Shown here in pieces: positions 48,590 through 59,470 of a DNA stretch of 64,000 bases (position 1 is its first letter; each line of letters begins with the position of its first letter). This stretch comes from Callorhinchus milii (taxonomy: Eukaryota). The stretch is taken from positions 2,108,001-2,172,000 of the forward strand of contig NW_024704762.1 in the NCBI RefSeq assembly GCF_018977255.1. Reading direction: 5' to 3'. Below the pieces are notes generated by a model. The model did not search any database. It saw only the letters and a program-made list of their open reading frames with translations, and was not told the DNA's origin. The translations under genes were made by a program, and so were the position numbers.

Positions 48590-49175
48590 CACAAGATTAG
48601 CACAGGTAAACAAAGGTCTCTCGTCCTCCCCAACACAGCCACAAGATGTTTTTTAAACGAGTCACACTGTCCTGGCATTAACCATCCTTCCAGACAGACC
48701 TGTTTGCAATCACTAATTATCCTGGAGTCCTGTAGCTCAGTGGTTAGAGCCCTCGCCTCGCAAATATGAGGACCTGGGTTTGATTCCCGGGCAGGGGGAA
48801 GCGTTGGGCAAGTTTCCTTACTCCACACACATGCCTCTCTTTACCCAACAATAAGTAGGTAGGTTGTTAGTCGATTGGTGGATTGCTTTCCGGGGCTAAT
48901 AATCAGTTCAAAAAATAAGACATAAATCCACAATAATGATTTGGTCACTCAATTATTGTTTGCAGGATACCGCTGTGCGCAATTGGCTGCCACGTTTTGC
49001 CCACAAAACATATAATAAATGCACTTTACAGTATATTCTGTGAGGCGCTTTGAGATGTCTCGACAACATGATAAGACTCTATATCAAAATGCTAGAATTA
49101 TTATTATTAATTAGCCTCTGGGTAAAGAAAAACTTCCTGGTGTCTGTCTTGAAATCACCCTTTGAATTTAAACCA
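48590..49175 (-). mobile_element. CR1 3' fragment interrupted by a family A SINE
   Basis: GGGTAAAGAAAAACTTCCTG is RKFFFTQR on the minus strand; TSD-like TAATTATCCT/TAATTAGCCT around the SINE. Confidence 0.65.
48724..49110 (+). mobile_element. SINE family A, full length, long form
   Basis: GGAGTCCTGTAGCTCAGTGGTTAGAGC head through the (TTA)n tail. Confidence 0.9.
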
Positions 49176-49764
49176 AACTCCTTCAACCCTATCAACCCGG
49201 CCACTCCCTCAGCTCAGCGATCACCAGCGGGGAGTGGAACCTGGGATAAATCCCCCAGTTAAATTCCTTATAAATGTGAGTTTCCATTAGCCAGAGTGGA
49301 ACGAAGACAGGATATACCTTCTCTCACTGCTTGTTCAGCAGCTGCTTCATTGCGACACAGAGGAGATGTTAATCCTGTTGTTCTAACAAAGACCAGGCAG
49401 CTAATCTACAATATACTCTGATTTGCATTAAATCCCCATTCATTCGATAGACATCCATCAGCTCTGTGGCAATGACTCCAGGCGACGGGGAAAATGAAAC
49501 ACCTTGCATGTTTTATACCAGGACCGTTTAGTCACTTCTCTTTTGCAACAATATTAGAGCGAGCTGATGGAAAAAGCTGAGAGGTAAAAGATTTACTATG
49601 AGAGATTATTCTGTATTTTGGTGGTCGGAAATCTTTCAGACCTCAAGCTAGATGTCAATGACTTGTTATGCACCAATTAACCCATGATGGTGAGACAAAT
49701 GACTTGTGATTCCCTGAATCAGTCAGTGATTGTCTGGTGATCAGCGTTGCTCAGTACCCGGCTT

Positions 49765-50012
49765 GGCTTCAGTTGCTTGTGCTCTCCCATCTGGATCAGT
49801 GGGTTATTGCGGGGCTCGCAGTCTAGGCTGACTTGGGGGAGCCTTACATTGTCAGTGGCGCTATCCTTCAGATGAGACGTTAAACTGAGGTCCTGTCTAG
49901 CACCGGTTAGGTGGTTGTTAAAGATCCTGCAGTGCTATTTGCAAAGAAAGGGAGTTTCTCACTGTGTTTATTTGGGACTAATAATCCCCCAAATAAAATT
50001 TGTCACTCACTT
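49765..50012 (+). mobile_element. Deu-domain SINE (family B), decayed
   Basis: CCTTCAGATGAGACGTTAAACTGAGGTCC block. Confidence 0.75.
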
Positions 50013-50417
50013 CACTCCTCAATAGGATGAATAGCCTGATTTAACCTCCGCAGTTCACTTCCCGTTAAAAGTTAGGATCGAAAAATAAGGATTAAAAAGG
50101 TCAAAATTGGTACATGCAGCCTCTTTGATTTATTGCTCTTTTCTGGACATGTGACCTTGGATCAAATGAATACTTGAAGCTCATTATTGCTGGAAGGCTT
50201 TGCCTTCCCAGCGCCTTGGGACGTGAAAGGACATACAAATGTAATTTTGTTGTTGTTGTTGTTCCCTTTCCAGCCTGGTGAATGGATGATTCAACCGTGG
50301 GAGTGTTCAGAACACCACTTCTTGCGCGTGGAGTATTAGCTGACGGCTAGTCTGTTAAGCGACGCTGTTTGTTCACAAGTTCACACCAGAGTGCTTGGAT
50401 GAATTGTGTTTTGGTCA

Positions 50418-50552
50418 GCCGGATGTCTGACACACGCAGAAACCCACATCCGAGCTTAAGAGTAACCGAACTGAGAATTCCATGCATCCCACCGACACGT
50501 GGCAATCCCAGAAATGGATTGTTGGGACGGAATGCGCCCCCTCGCCCTGGAT
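50418..50552. repeat. Unidentified dispersed repeat ('family C'), terminal part
   Basis: TGTCTGACACACGCAGAAACCCA...CTGAGAATTCC...GGAATGCGC is the reverse complement of 26761-26908. Confidence 0.7.
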
Positions 50553-51349
50553 GAAGAAGACCCTACTGCCTATTGATCTCGTCTCTCCGCAATCCACACC
50601 CTACCACCATCCATCCTCCCATCACACCATCAAGCTTTTTGGATGGAACAGGCCTGACCTCAATCTCCCTTCTTGGTAACCTGTTCCAGTCGTTAATTAC
50701 TCTCTGGATAAAGAAAAAACTTCCTGATGTTTGTACATTAGGATGCACTGAGACAACGGGACAAGAGGATATAATAATAATAATACTAATAATAAATAAT
50801 AATAATAATCCTTATATTTGCTACGGCGCCTTTCACATCGGGAAGATGTCAAAGAGTACAAGTTGTTTACCGTAAATTGTAGTGACTGTGTCTGTCCTGA
50901 AATTGACCTTTGCAACTCTAAACCCACGGCAATATTGGAAAAGAGAAGGGAGTTTCTCCTGGTACTATGCACAAATTGGCTGCCTCATTCACCTACAAAA
51001 TGCACAGTCACTATACCACTATACCTTACAATATTTTCTGATTAGTTTTCTTTTAAGGAAATAACATTATGGGATATAGCACATAGGCATATGTGCATAC
51101 AACCGCCAGGAAGATGGAAGGTGAACTAGATGGACCTCGGTCTTTTTTCGTCTAGCGTTTCTTATCTTCTTATATTGCTACGTGCAGTGCATCCTGTGAA
51201 GTTCTTCGAGATGATAAGGTACTGTATCAGATGCCAGGATTATAAAAATAATGACAGTGAACCCAAGTGAAATTAAGTCACTTGTTCACTAATGTCCTTT
51301 TAATAATGCAATTACCATTGATTAACAGATGCACAGAGATTAATAAACA

Positions 51350-51540
51350 TGTGTACACTCACACACAAATACACACATGTGGATACACATACATTCATCC
51401 CCACATGCACATATTCATGCACAGAAACAAGTAAGTATACACACACTCGCACAGACAGGTAGACAAACACATGCATGCACGCAGACTCGGACACATACAC
51501 ATGTGGATACAGGTGAACACACACAAATACACACACACAA
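51350..51540. repeat. Degenerate CA-rich microsatellite
   Basis: Seen directly. Confidence 0.85.
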
Positions 51541-51924
51541 AGAAAACATAAGGGTTGGTCACATCAACACCATCAAAATCAGCTGAATTGTGTCACCTCT
51601 CTGAGATGGAGTGGAAGGTGGTGTGGGGTGAGATTGCAGAGGAGGGCAGCTGCAAAGAAAAAGCGACAGGGTCACAGTATTAAATAGAGAAAGAGAAATC
51701 ACAAGGGAAAGAGTTATTGAAGCAGTCAGAGAGAGACAGAGACACAGATGAGAAGCGACAGTCAAGGGGAACAAGAAGACTTTGAAACAAGTGCTTGCTC
51801 CAGCTTAAATATATTACGGAGCTGTGTGCTGAGTGTGCAAGCTGCCTTCATTCTCATACCTACCTGAAAGGACTATTAATCTTGGCTATTGCTTTCTTTA
51901 CCTGCAAAATTTTACCTTCAAGTG

Positions 51925-52155
51925 CTGGGGGAACACTGCATTGTCAGAGGTGACGTCCTTTGGATGAGACGTTGAACCAAGGTCTCCTTTTTCCATTCGG
52001 GTACACATTAATGATCCCATGGCGCTACTCTAAAAGAGAAGGGAATTTCTCTGGCTGACAATCCCCCAGATGAAATCCGTCACTCACTTCATGGCTGTTT
52101 GTGGGACGCTGCTGTGTACAAATCAACTGCTAAGCGCTGGATCAAATGTAGGGAT
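51925..52155 (+). mobile_element. Deu-domain SINE (family B), partial
   Basis: CTGCATTGTCAGAGGTGACGTCCTTTGGATGAGACG block. Confidence 0.8.
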
Positions 52156-52495
52156 ATGACTATCGCAACTGCAATCAGTTTGCTCTCCTCTCAGCTGGTC
52201 GACAATTGTCCTCACGGCTTTCTGAGTCACAGAAGGGGGAAAACAGCCAAGGCTCCCACTCTCTGGAACTCCGTCCCCACATCCCTTTGCTTTGCCTTTG
52301 GCCAACTCCCTTAACTTCCTGGTTGCTCTGTGCTCTCGGCCGTCTCTGTTTAGTGAAAGGTCCTTTGTCAAAGGTGCACACTGTTGTCGCTGCTGATTTT
52401 GTCGTAAAATGTCTTTCTGGGGGTTGGAAACCTCACCGCTAACCGTACAACCTGCACCGTGCCAGCAGTGGGCGCTATTGCAGAAGAGCAAGCTC

Positions 52496-52595
52496 GGCTA
52501 ATGAGTTGGCTCATGAGTTGGCTATTAACGTGGCTATTGAGCTGCCCAGTGTATTAACTGGTGAACTGGCCAGTGAATTGGACAGTAAATTGGCA
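52496..52595. repeat. Degenerate 12-bp minisatellite, ~8 units
   Basis: GGCTAATGAGTT GGCTCATGAGTT GGCTATTAACGT GGCTATTGAGCT ... GGCCAGTGAATT GGACAGTAAATT. Confidence 0.75.
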
Positions 52596-52936
52596 GAACC
52601 CATTCTCTTCTCCTAACAAGAGAGACACCGAAAGCGATGGAACGAGCAGTTAATGATAATGGATTACGTGCATTGATTCTGTAACTCGTAAGGAGTTTAT
52701 TGACATTTTAACGATAATTGAGAATTGATGATTGCGATGTAATGAATGTCAACGGGGTAAAGGTCTTTTCTCCCCGATGGCTTCTGAGGACCAGCTTCTG
52801 TTTGGAAGATCAAAGATCATTGACACAGCCCAACAGAAAACACGAGGTGGCGCTATCCATTCCTAAAGAACTTCAATAATTGAAGTGCTTTGGAAAGGAG
52901 TTCATCAACACCAGCGTGAATTAGCATCGCATTGAT

Positions 52937-53378
52937 GTCTTGCTGGCTCAGTTGTTAGCAGTCTTGCTCTGGGTCAGAAGGTTGTGGATTCCAGCCCAGT
53001 GTTGGCGTGTTGAGTTGACAATCCAGGCTGACGCTCCAGTGCACTGCTGGGGGGGAATTGCATTGTCGGAGATACCGTCCTTTGGCTGAGACGTTCAAAC
53101 TGTTCAACAACAACAACAAAATTACATTTGTATAGCGCCTTTCACGTTGAGAAGACGTCCCAACGCGCTGATCAGGTGGATGTTAAAGATCCCATGGCGC
53201 TATTCGTAAAGAGAAGGGAGTTTTATTTCCCCAGTGTCCTGGCCAACAATCCCCCGGATACAGTTGCTCATTCACTTGTGGCTGTCACTTTGTGGAATGC
53301 AGCTGCGTTTAAATTAGCTGCTGCTTTAAAATACACAGTCACTACACTTTACAGCAGTTAATTACTCCTGAAGCGCAT
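52937..53378 (+). mobile_element. Family B SINE with a short antisense L2 tail nested at ~53106-53170
   Basis: The Deu block breaks at CTGTTC and resumes at TCAGGTGGATG. Confidence 0.85.
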
Positions 53379-53705
53379 TGGCCCTTTGAAATTTTTAGTG
53401 CTGAATGAAAGGTTTAGTGAATGAAAGGTTGATTATGAATAATAATTGTTATTAATCGTGATTAATGATTATTAATAATAATTAGTAATTGTATCAATAA
53501 TAACTTAATTATATTTTTTAATTATAACATTATTAATGCTGTTATTAATGAAGTTGTTACTAATTATTGTATTCAAAATCCTCTGATTGCAACTATTTGC
53601 AGTCGAGTTAATGGATTCTAAAATAATTGGCAAAATTTAAGATAATTGGCAAAAGAACCAGAGGGGAGATGAGGAGACTTTTTTTTACACAGAGAGTTGT
53701 TATCT

Positions 53706-54023
53706 ATAATAATAATAATCCTTGCATTTGATATAGCGCTTTTCACGTCAGGAGGACGTCCCAAAGCGCTTCACAGAACACACTGTAAAGTGAATTGACT
53801 GTATATTTGTGGGCGAACGCGGCAGCCAATTGCGCACAGCAATGTCCCACAAACAGTCGTAGATTGAAAATGACCAATTTTATTATTGTTTTTGGATTTG
53901 GAGGATTATTATTAGGCTCTGTGTGGAGTAAGGAAACTTGCCCAAGGTTTCGCCCTCTGCCTGGAATTGAACTCAGGTCTCTCACTTGCAAAGCGAGTGC
54001 TCTAACCACTGAGCTACAGGACT
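53706..54023 (-). mobile_element. SINE family A, young short subfamily
   Basis: Near-identical to 8098-8431. Confidence 0.92.
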
Positions 54024-54946
54024 ATATGCTCCCTCTTGGTGATGGCATCCACAGACACGGGATAAACTTCCACCTGTTTGCGGATAACACACAAATCACA
54101 TTGCCTCCTCCAGTACCAACTCCAGGTCTCCCCGATGTTCTATCAGCTTCGTCTGGCAGACATCAGGGCCTGGATGAGTGCAAACTTCCTGCAGCTGAAT
54201 GTGGACAAGACGGAAGCCATACTCCTTGGCTCCCGTCAACATCTTCACTCCTCTGGATCTACACTCCTCAACCTTCATGGGCTCTCCCCCACACTTACCG
54301 AACCGGTGTGCTCTAGGCGTCCCAACTGTCCTTCCTCCCCCACATCCGATCCCTGATCAGGACCACCTTCTTCCACCTCCGCTACATTGCCCATCTTCAG
54401 CTGTACCCCAAATGCAGCTGAAACCCTTGGGCATGTCTTTGTCACCTCCTGCCTGGATTACTCCAAAGCATTCCTCGCCGATCTCCCCAGCTCCAATATC
54501 CAAAAGGTCAGCTCATTCAGAACTCTGCCGCCCGCACCACTGACCCGGACCAAACTCCGTCCCCACATCTCACCAGTTCTGGCCCAGGCTCCACTGGCTC
54601 CCCATCACCAAACGGATCGACTTCAAGATCCTCAATCTCGCGTTCAAATCCCTTCACTCCCTGACACTTCCCTACCTCTATGATCTCCTCACTCCCCAAC
54701 CCACCACTCAGCTCCTCCATCAATTGACACCAGCCTCCTGCTTGTCGTTCGCACCCTCCTCAATCCCTCCGCCTTGCCCATCGCTCTCCCCTTTTTTAAG
54801 TCATACCTGAAAATCTTCCTTTTCGACCGTGCCTTAGGATCACCTCCCCACTGGCTTGGAGTCAGGCTCCACCACTGTTAAGCGCTCTAAGTCGCTATCC
54901 TGCGTGGAGGGCACTATATAAGTGCAAGTTATTATTTGTTGTTGTT
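54024..54946 (+). mobile_element. L2 LINE 3' portion, older and decayed
   Basis: YMLPLGD, FHLFADNTQ, ANFLQLNVDKTEAILLGS, SCLDYS and LHWLP motifs; tail ends TTGTTGTTG. Confidence 0.9.
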
Positions 54947-55371
54947 ACGGTCTGGAACGCACTGCCTGAAAGGGTGGAGGAAACAGATTCAAAAATGACT
55001 TTCATAAAGGAATTGGATAGGTACTTGAAAAGGTAATATTTGCAAGGCTATGGGGAAAGAGCGGGGGAGCAGGACTGATTGGGGAGCTCTTCCAAAGTGC
55101 TAGCACCGGCACGATAGGCCGAATGGCCTCCTTCTGTGCTGTAATATTCTATGACTCTATTCTGTCTCAGCTTTCTGGTCACTGACCCAAATACAACCCA
55201 AACCATCCCCCGATGACAATAACATAGACTCGGTCCACGGAATCATTGCAGTTTTCGTGTAATTCACAGCTCCATTTCCTATCATCTTTATTAATAATAA
55301 TCCTTGCATTTGATATAGAGCCTTTCCATGTTGTTGAGATGTCTCAAAAGCGCTTCAAAGAATATACTGTA

Positions 55372-55790
55372 AACAACAACAACAACAGCAAGATTACATT
55401 TGTATAGCGACTTTCACGTCGGGAGGACATCCCAAGGTGCTGGGCAGTGTACAGCATTTCAGACCCGAGCTGGGGTTGGGAGGGGAGGGGAAGGGGGGGT
55501 GGCCGATGGCATGGTCGAAGAGGAGGGTCTTGAGACGGGACTTGAAGGAGGCTGAGGAGGGGGCGAGGCGGAGTGACTGGGGGATGGAATTCCAGAGGTT
55601 GGGGGCAGAGTGGCTCTCCCGCCAACAGTGGGTAGGGGGACATAGAGCAGCCAGAGCCGGCTGAGTGGAGGAACGGGCGGGTTGGTAGGGGGTTAGGAGG
55701 TCGCAGAGGTAGTGTGGGGTGAGGCCATGGAGGGCTTTGTATGTGAGGACCAGGATTTTGAACTGTGGAGTGTGTTTTGTGGACGAAATG
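55372..55790 (-). mobile_element. L2 LINE 3' end inserted in a SINE tail (55290-55371)
   Basis: (AAC)n tail, stem-loop, and FKILVLTYKALHGL on the minus strand. Confidence 0.88.
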
Positions 55791-55934
55791 TGGCGGGCAG
55801 CTGGGACAGATGATTTAACGTCTCATTCAATAACACAGCACCTTCCCTCGGTGTCAGCTTCGAATATGGCTCTTGTCTTAACATGGGGGTTTGACTTCAC
55901 AACTTTCAAAGGCTTTGGGACATCTGGGACATTT

Positions 55935-56641
55935 CCTCATATCCGCGCCACAATTGGCACCGCCTTCCATCACCTCCGATACATCGCCAGACTATAGCAC
56001 GACCCCTCACGCGGCTGAAACTCTGGTCCACACCTTTATCACCTCAAGGCTGGACTATGGGAACTCTCTCCTCGCCGGCCTTCCCGGCCCTCCCTCCACA
56101 CTGCAGGTCATTCAGAACTCTGCAGCTCGTGTACTGTCCCGCACCAGGCTTCGGGACCACATCACTCCCACCCTCGCTCGCCTCCACTGGCTCCCCATCC
56201 CCCAGAGGATCAAATTCAAGATCCTCATCCTCACCTACAAGGCCATTCATGGCCTTGCTCCCTCCTACCTCTCCTACCTACTATCCCCCTACTTACCTGC
56301 CCGTACCCTCTGTTCCTCTGGCTCCGGTCTGCCCCACACCCCCAACCCCACATCGGTGGCCGGGCCTTCAGCCTCTCAGCCCTTAGGCTCTGGAACTCCA
56401 TCTCCCAGTGCCTTCGCCGCTTCCTCCCTTTCCTCCTTCAAGGCCGGTCTCAAGACCTTTCTCTTTGACCGAGCCTTCAGCTCCCCTCTCGACTCTCTAC
56501 CCCCTCCTCGCTCCCTCCCTTCCCTCCCCCTGACCATTTCCCCCCTGCTCGGCTCCTGACCCAACTGTCCAGCGCCTTGGGACGTCCTCCCGACGTGAAA
56601 GGCGCTCTATAAATGAAATCATGTTGTTGTTGTTGTTGTTG
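55935..56641 (+). mobile_element. L2 LINE 3' portion, same young subfamily as 17731-19417
   Basis: Nearly identical ORF2 C-terminus and 3'UTR; (TTG)n tail. Confidence 0.95.
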
Positions 56642-56934
56642 CCCAACATGAAAGGCACTATATAAACATATTGTCCTGTGTTATAACCCAGAGGTGAGAG
56701 AGAGCACGATCGACTGAGCCAGGCTGAATTCGTAAGTCACCAACGACAACAACTTGCATTTACACGGTTCTCATCATGTATGATTGTGTCTCAGACAGGG
56801 AGCTGGAGGCCGGCTGGGATTGGCGTGATATCTGGGCAAAGTCTAGAGGCTGTGAGGTTGCTGTCAGCAAAGTTTTGGATAAGTTGAGCTGATGGTGGAG
56901 CGCAGGATACCAGTGGGTTCTGACTCATGCTACG

Positions 56935-57162
56935 GGATTGTTAATGTCCACCCGAACATTGACACACGTGGACCTCGGTTTAACATCTCATGCAAAAGGC
57001 TGTAACTTCGACAATGCAGCTCACCAACGCCCCCCACCCCCCTGCACCAGCGCTGCACTGGAGCGTCAGCTTGGACTGTGAGCTGAAAGTCCTGACGTGG
57101 GGCTTGAACCCACACAACCATGCGACACGGTGAATAGTGCGCTACCGACTGCGCCCACAGAC
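56935..57162 (-). mobile_element. Deu-domain SINE (family B), 5' half
   Basis: GGACCTCGGTTTAACATCTCAT...GGGGCTTGAACCCAC. Confidence 0.8.
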
Positions 57163-57607
57163 ACAGTCAGTTATACATTCATCTCCGAGCTCATTGCCAA
57201 TTGCTTTCAATCCACCTCTTTTGCAGTCCTTCACAATCCCAACAGGGGTTTGGTTGTGTAATTACAGAGAGCTGTGACCAGCTTCCAATTCACCCATCAT
57301 GAGGCAGCCCAGGGCTGTTGTCAAGATCTACTCAAATTAGTACAGCCCCCGGGCTGTTGTGTGGTGGGAGAACTGGAAGTTGTTTTCTCTCTTTGTTTCT
57401 CTCTTTGTTCCAGTGCCCAGATGGGGAAGAACCAAACGCCAGCAGGCAGCGTATCTGTGGAGAACAGGCAAGGCTTGCAGAAACCCAACAACTGGCAGTA
57501 ACTCCAAAGCTTCCTGTGGGGGAGGATGGAAGTAACAAGTTTCCCTCTGGTACAGACATGATCAAAGGCTTCAAGGAAACCCAGGTTCTTCCCAAGAAGA
57601 GCTGTCG

Positions 57608-58012
57608 CAGGTGCCGTCCTTAGGATGAGACATTAAACCAAGATCCCGTCTACCTGTTCAGGTGTATGTTAAAGGTCCCATGGCGATATTTAAACAGAGA
57701 AGGGAGTTTCTTCTCCCAGCCAATAATTCCACAAATTTGTGTCTATGTGTGGAACATTGCCTGCAAATTGGCTGCTGCTTTATTATGATAATAATAGTCC
57801 TTGTATTCGATATGGCACCTTATCATGTCGTTGAGACTTCTCAAAAACGTTTCACAGAATATACTGTAAAGTGAATATATTGTGTATTTTTTTTGTGGGC
57901 GACACACAGCAGCCAAATGAACCCAGCAGTGTCCTGCAAACAGTGGTTGATTGAGTGATCAAATTATTATTATTATTTTTTCAAGGGATTATTACCCTCG
58001 GAAAGCAATCCG
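57608..58012. mobile_element. Family B fragment (+, 57608-57780) interrupted by a family A copy (-, 57783-58012)
   Basis: Deu block followed by an antisense A tail and body. Confidence 0.78.
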
Positions 58013-58127
58013 AATATTCACTTACACAATACACAGTGGCTTTGCCGTAATCTTGTGAAGCGCTTTGAGATTTCTGAAATGCAATATGAAATGCAAGGAT
58101 TATTATTATTTCCACTTATTCCTCGTG

Positions 58128-58495
58128 TAGGCCTGGCTCAGTCGGTAGCACACACATCTCTGAGTCAGAAGCTTCAAGCGCCCCCAGGCGCTACCCCACG
58201 TGAAGGGCACTGGATAAATGCTGTTGTTGTTGTCAGGACTTTGAGCTCACGGTCTAGTCTGACATTCCAGTGTAGTGCTGGGGAGTGGAGATGGTGTTCT
58301 GTGTTGTTGGATGTGCCGTCCTTCGCAAAGAGCATTAAACCAAGGTCACCATTGTTTGCGGGATGTCTGCAAATCAGCTGCACCTTCCACCTACAAAATA
58401 CACAGTCACTACACTTTACAGCTATAGCCCGCGGAGCGCTTTGAGACGTGCCTCTGACATGAAAAATGCGTCGTATCAAATGAAAGATTATCATT
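58128..58495 (+). mobile_element. Family B SINE with a small L2-type tail nested at ~58177-58233
   Basis: Head GGCCTGGCTCAGTCGGTAGC; nested AAGCGCCC...ATAAATGCTGTTGTTGTTG. Confidence 0.78.
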
Positions 58496-59146
58496 ACGAT
58501 CGAGATCTTCCGAGTTCTTGATATTGAAAAAAACGTTGAATGATTTTCTGAAGGCAGCTCTCCCGGTTGATTGTAACTGCAGCCGTTTCCGCAGCCCCGG
58601 ACCGAGTCTAGTCACGACGACCGGGAAACTAAAAAAAAATGAACTTTTTTTTTATTAATTTAAATTCACGTCGCCCCTCCTGAAGGAGAAGACAGTTTAA
58701 GAAGCGCTGCAGTTCTCTGTGTAATTACCCAGTGACTTGGTCGAGGCTTTGATGGTAATTAAGTTCTCCCTCTGCTGACACCCGATGCTTTAGTAAGTAC
58801 AGAGGAGAATTTCGGAAGTGGAACACGCCAATAGTAATCACCGTGATTTTAATTGAACTGGACTCCCCAGGTCAGCACACCACCGTGACTGCCTTAACTA
58901 GCAAAAGGCAGAATCCCGGATTGCAAATCTGCCTTCAACTGGAGTAATCAGGCCTCAAACCAGTAACCGTGACTTTCCTCCTGACGCTCCACCATTAAAG
59001 GCGTCTTGCTCCGTCCTCCCTCACCAGCTGAGGGTCGAGTCAGTAATCAACAACCGTGTTCAGTGGGGAACAATCCTATTAAATATAGACGCTTGCTTGG
59101 CCATGTCTATACTGGCAGAATCCGTTGTGGATTTCAGGAGGGAAGT

Positions 59147-59470
59147 ATAATAATAATAATAATAATTCTTGCATTTGATATGACGCTTTATCACATCGTT
59201 GAGATGTCTCAAAATGTTTCATGGAATATATTGTAAAGTGGAGTGACTATGTATTTTGTGGGCGAAATGCGGCAGCCAATGAGTGACTTCAAATTGTTTT
59301 TTTGAAGGGCTTATTACCCCCGGAAAGTGATCCACCAATTGACTAACAATTTCCTACTTTCCGCTGGGTAAACAGAGGTCTGTGGAGCAAGGAAACTCGC
59401 CCCACCCGGGAATCAAACCCCGGGTCTTCTCGCTTGCAAGGCGAGTGCTCTAACCACTACACTGTGGGAC
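59147..59470 (-). mobile_element. SINE family A
   Basis: tRNA head at ~59405-59470; tail at ~59150. Confidence 0.85.

Larger units (their letters stand above)
53620..55162 (+). mobile_element. CR1 3' end split by nested L2 and SINE insertions
   Basis: FFTQRVV at ~53680-53702 continues as WNALPERV at ~54950 and ends in TTCTATGACTCTAT. Confidence 0.8.

Noticed and set aside
57414..57600. Plus-strand exon after a strong polypyrimidine acceptor (CPDGEEPNASRQR...)
   Set aside because: No strong donor, unrecognised peptide, and the frame runs into a SINE; the pyrimidine tract is a short tandem duplication.
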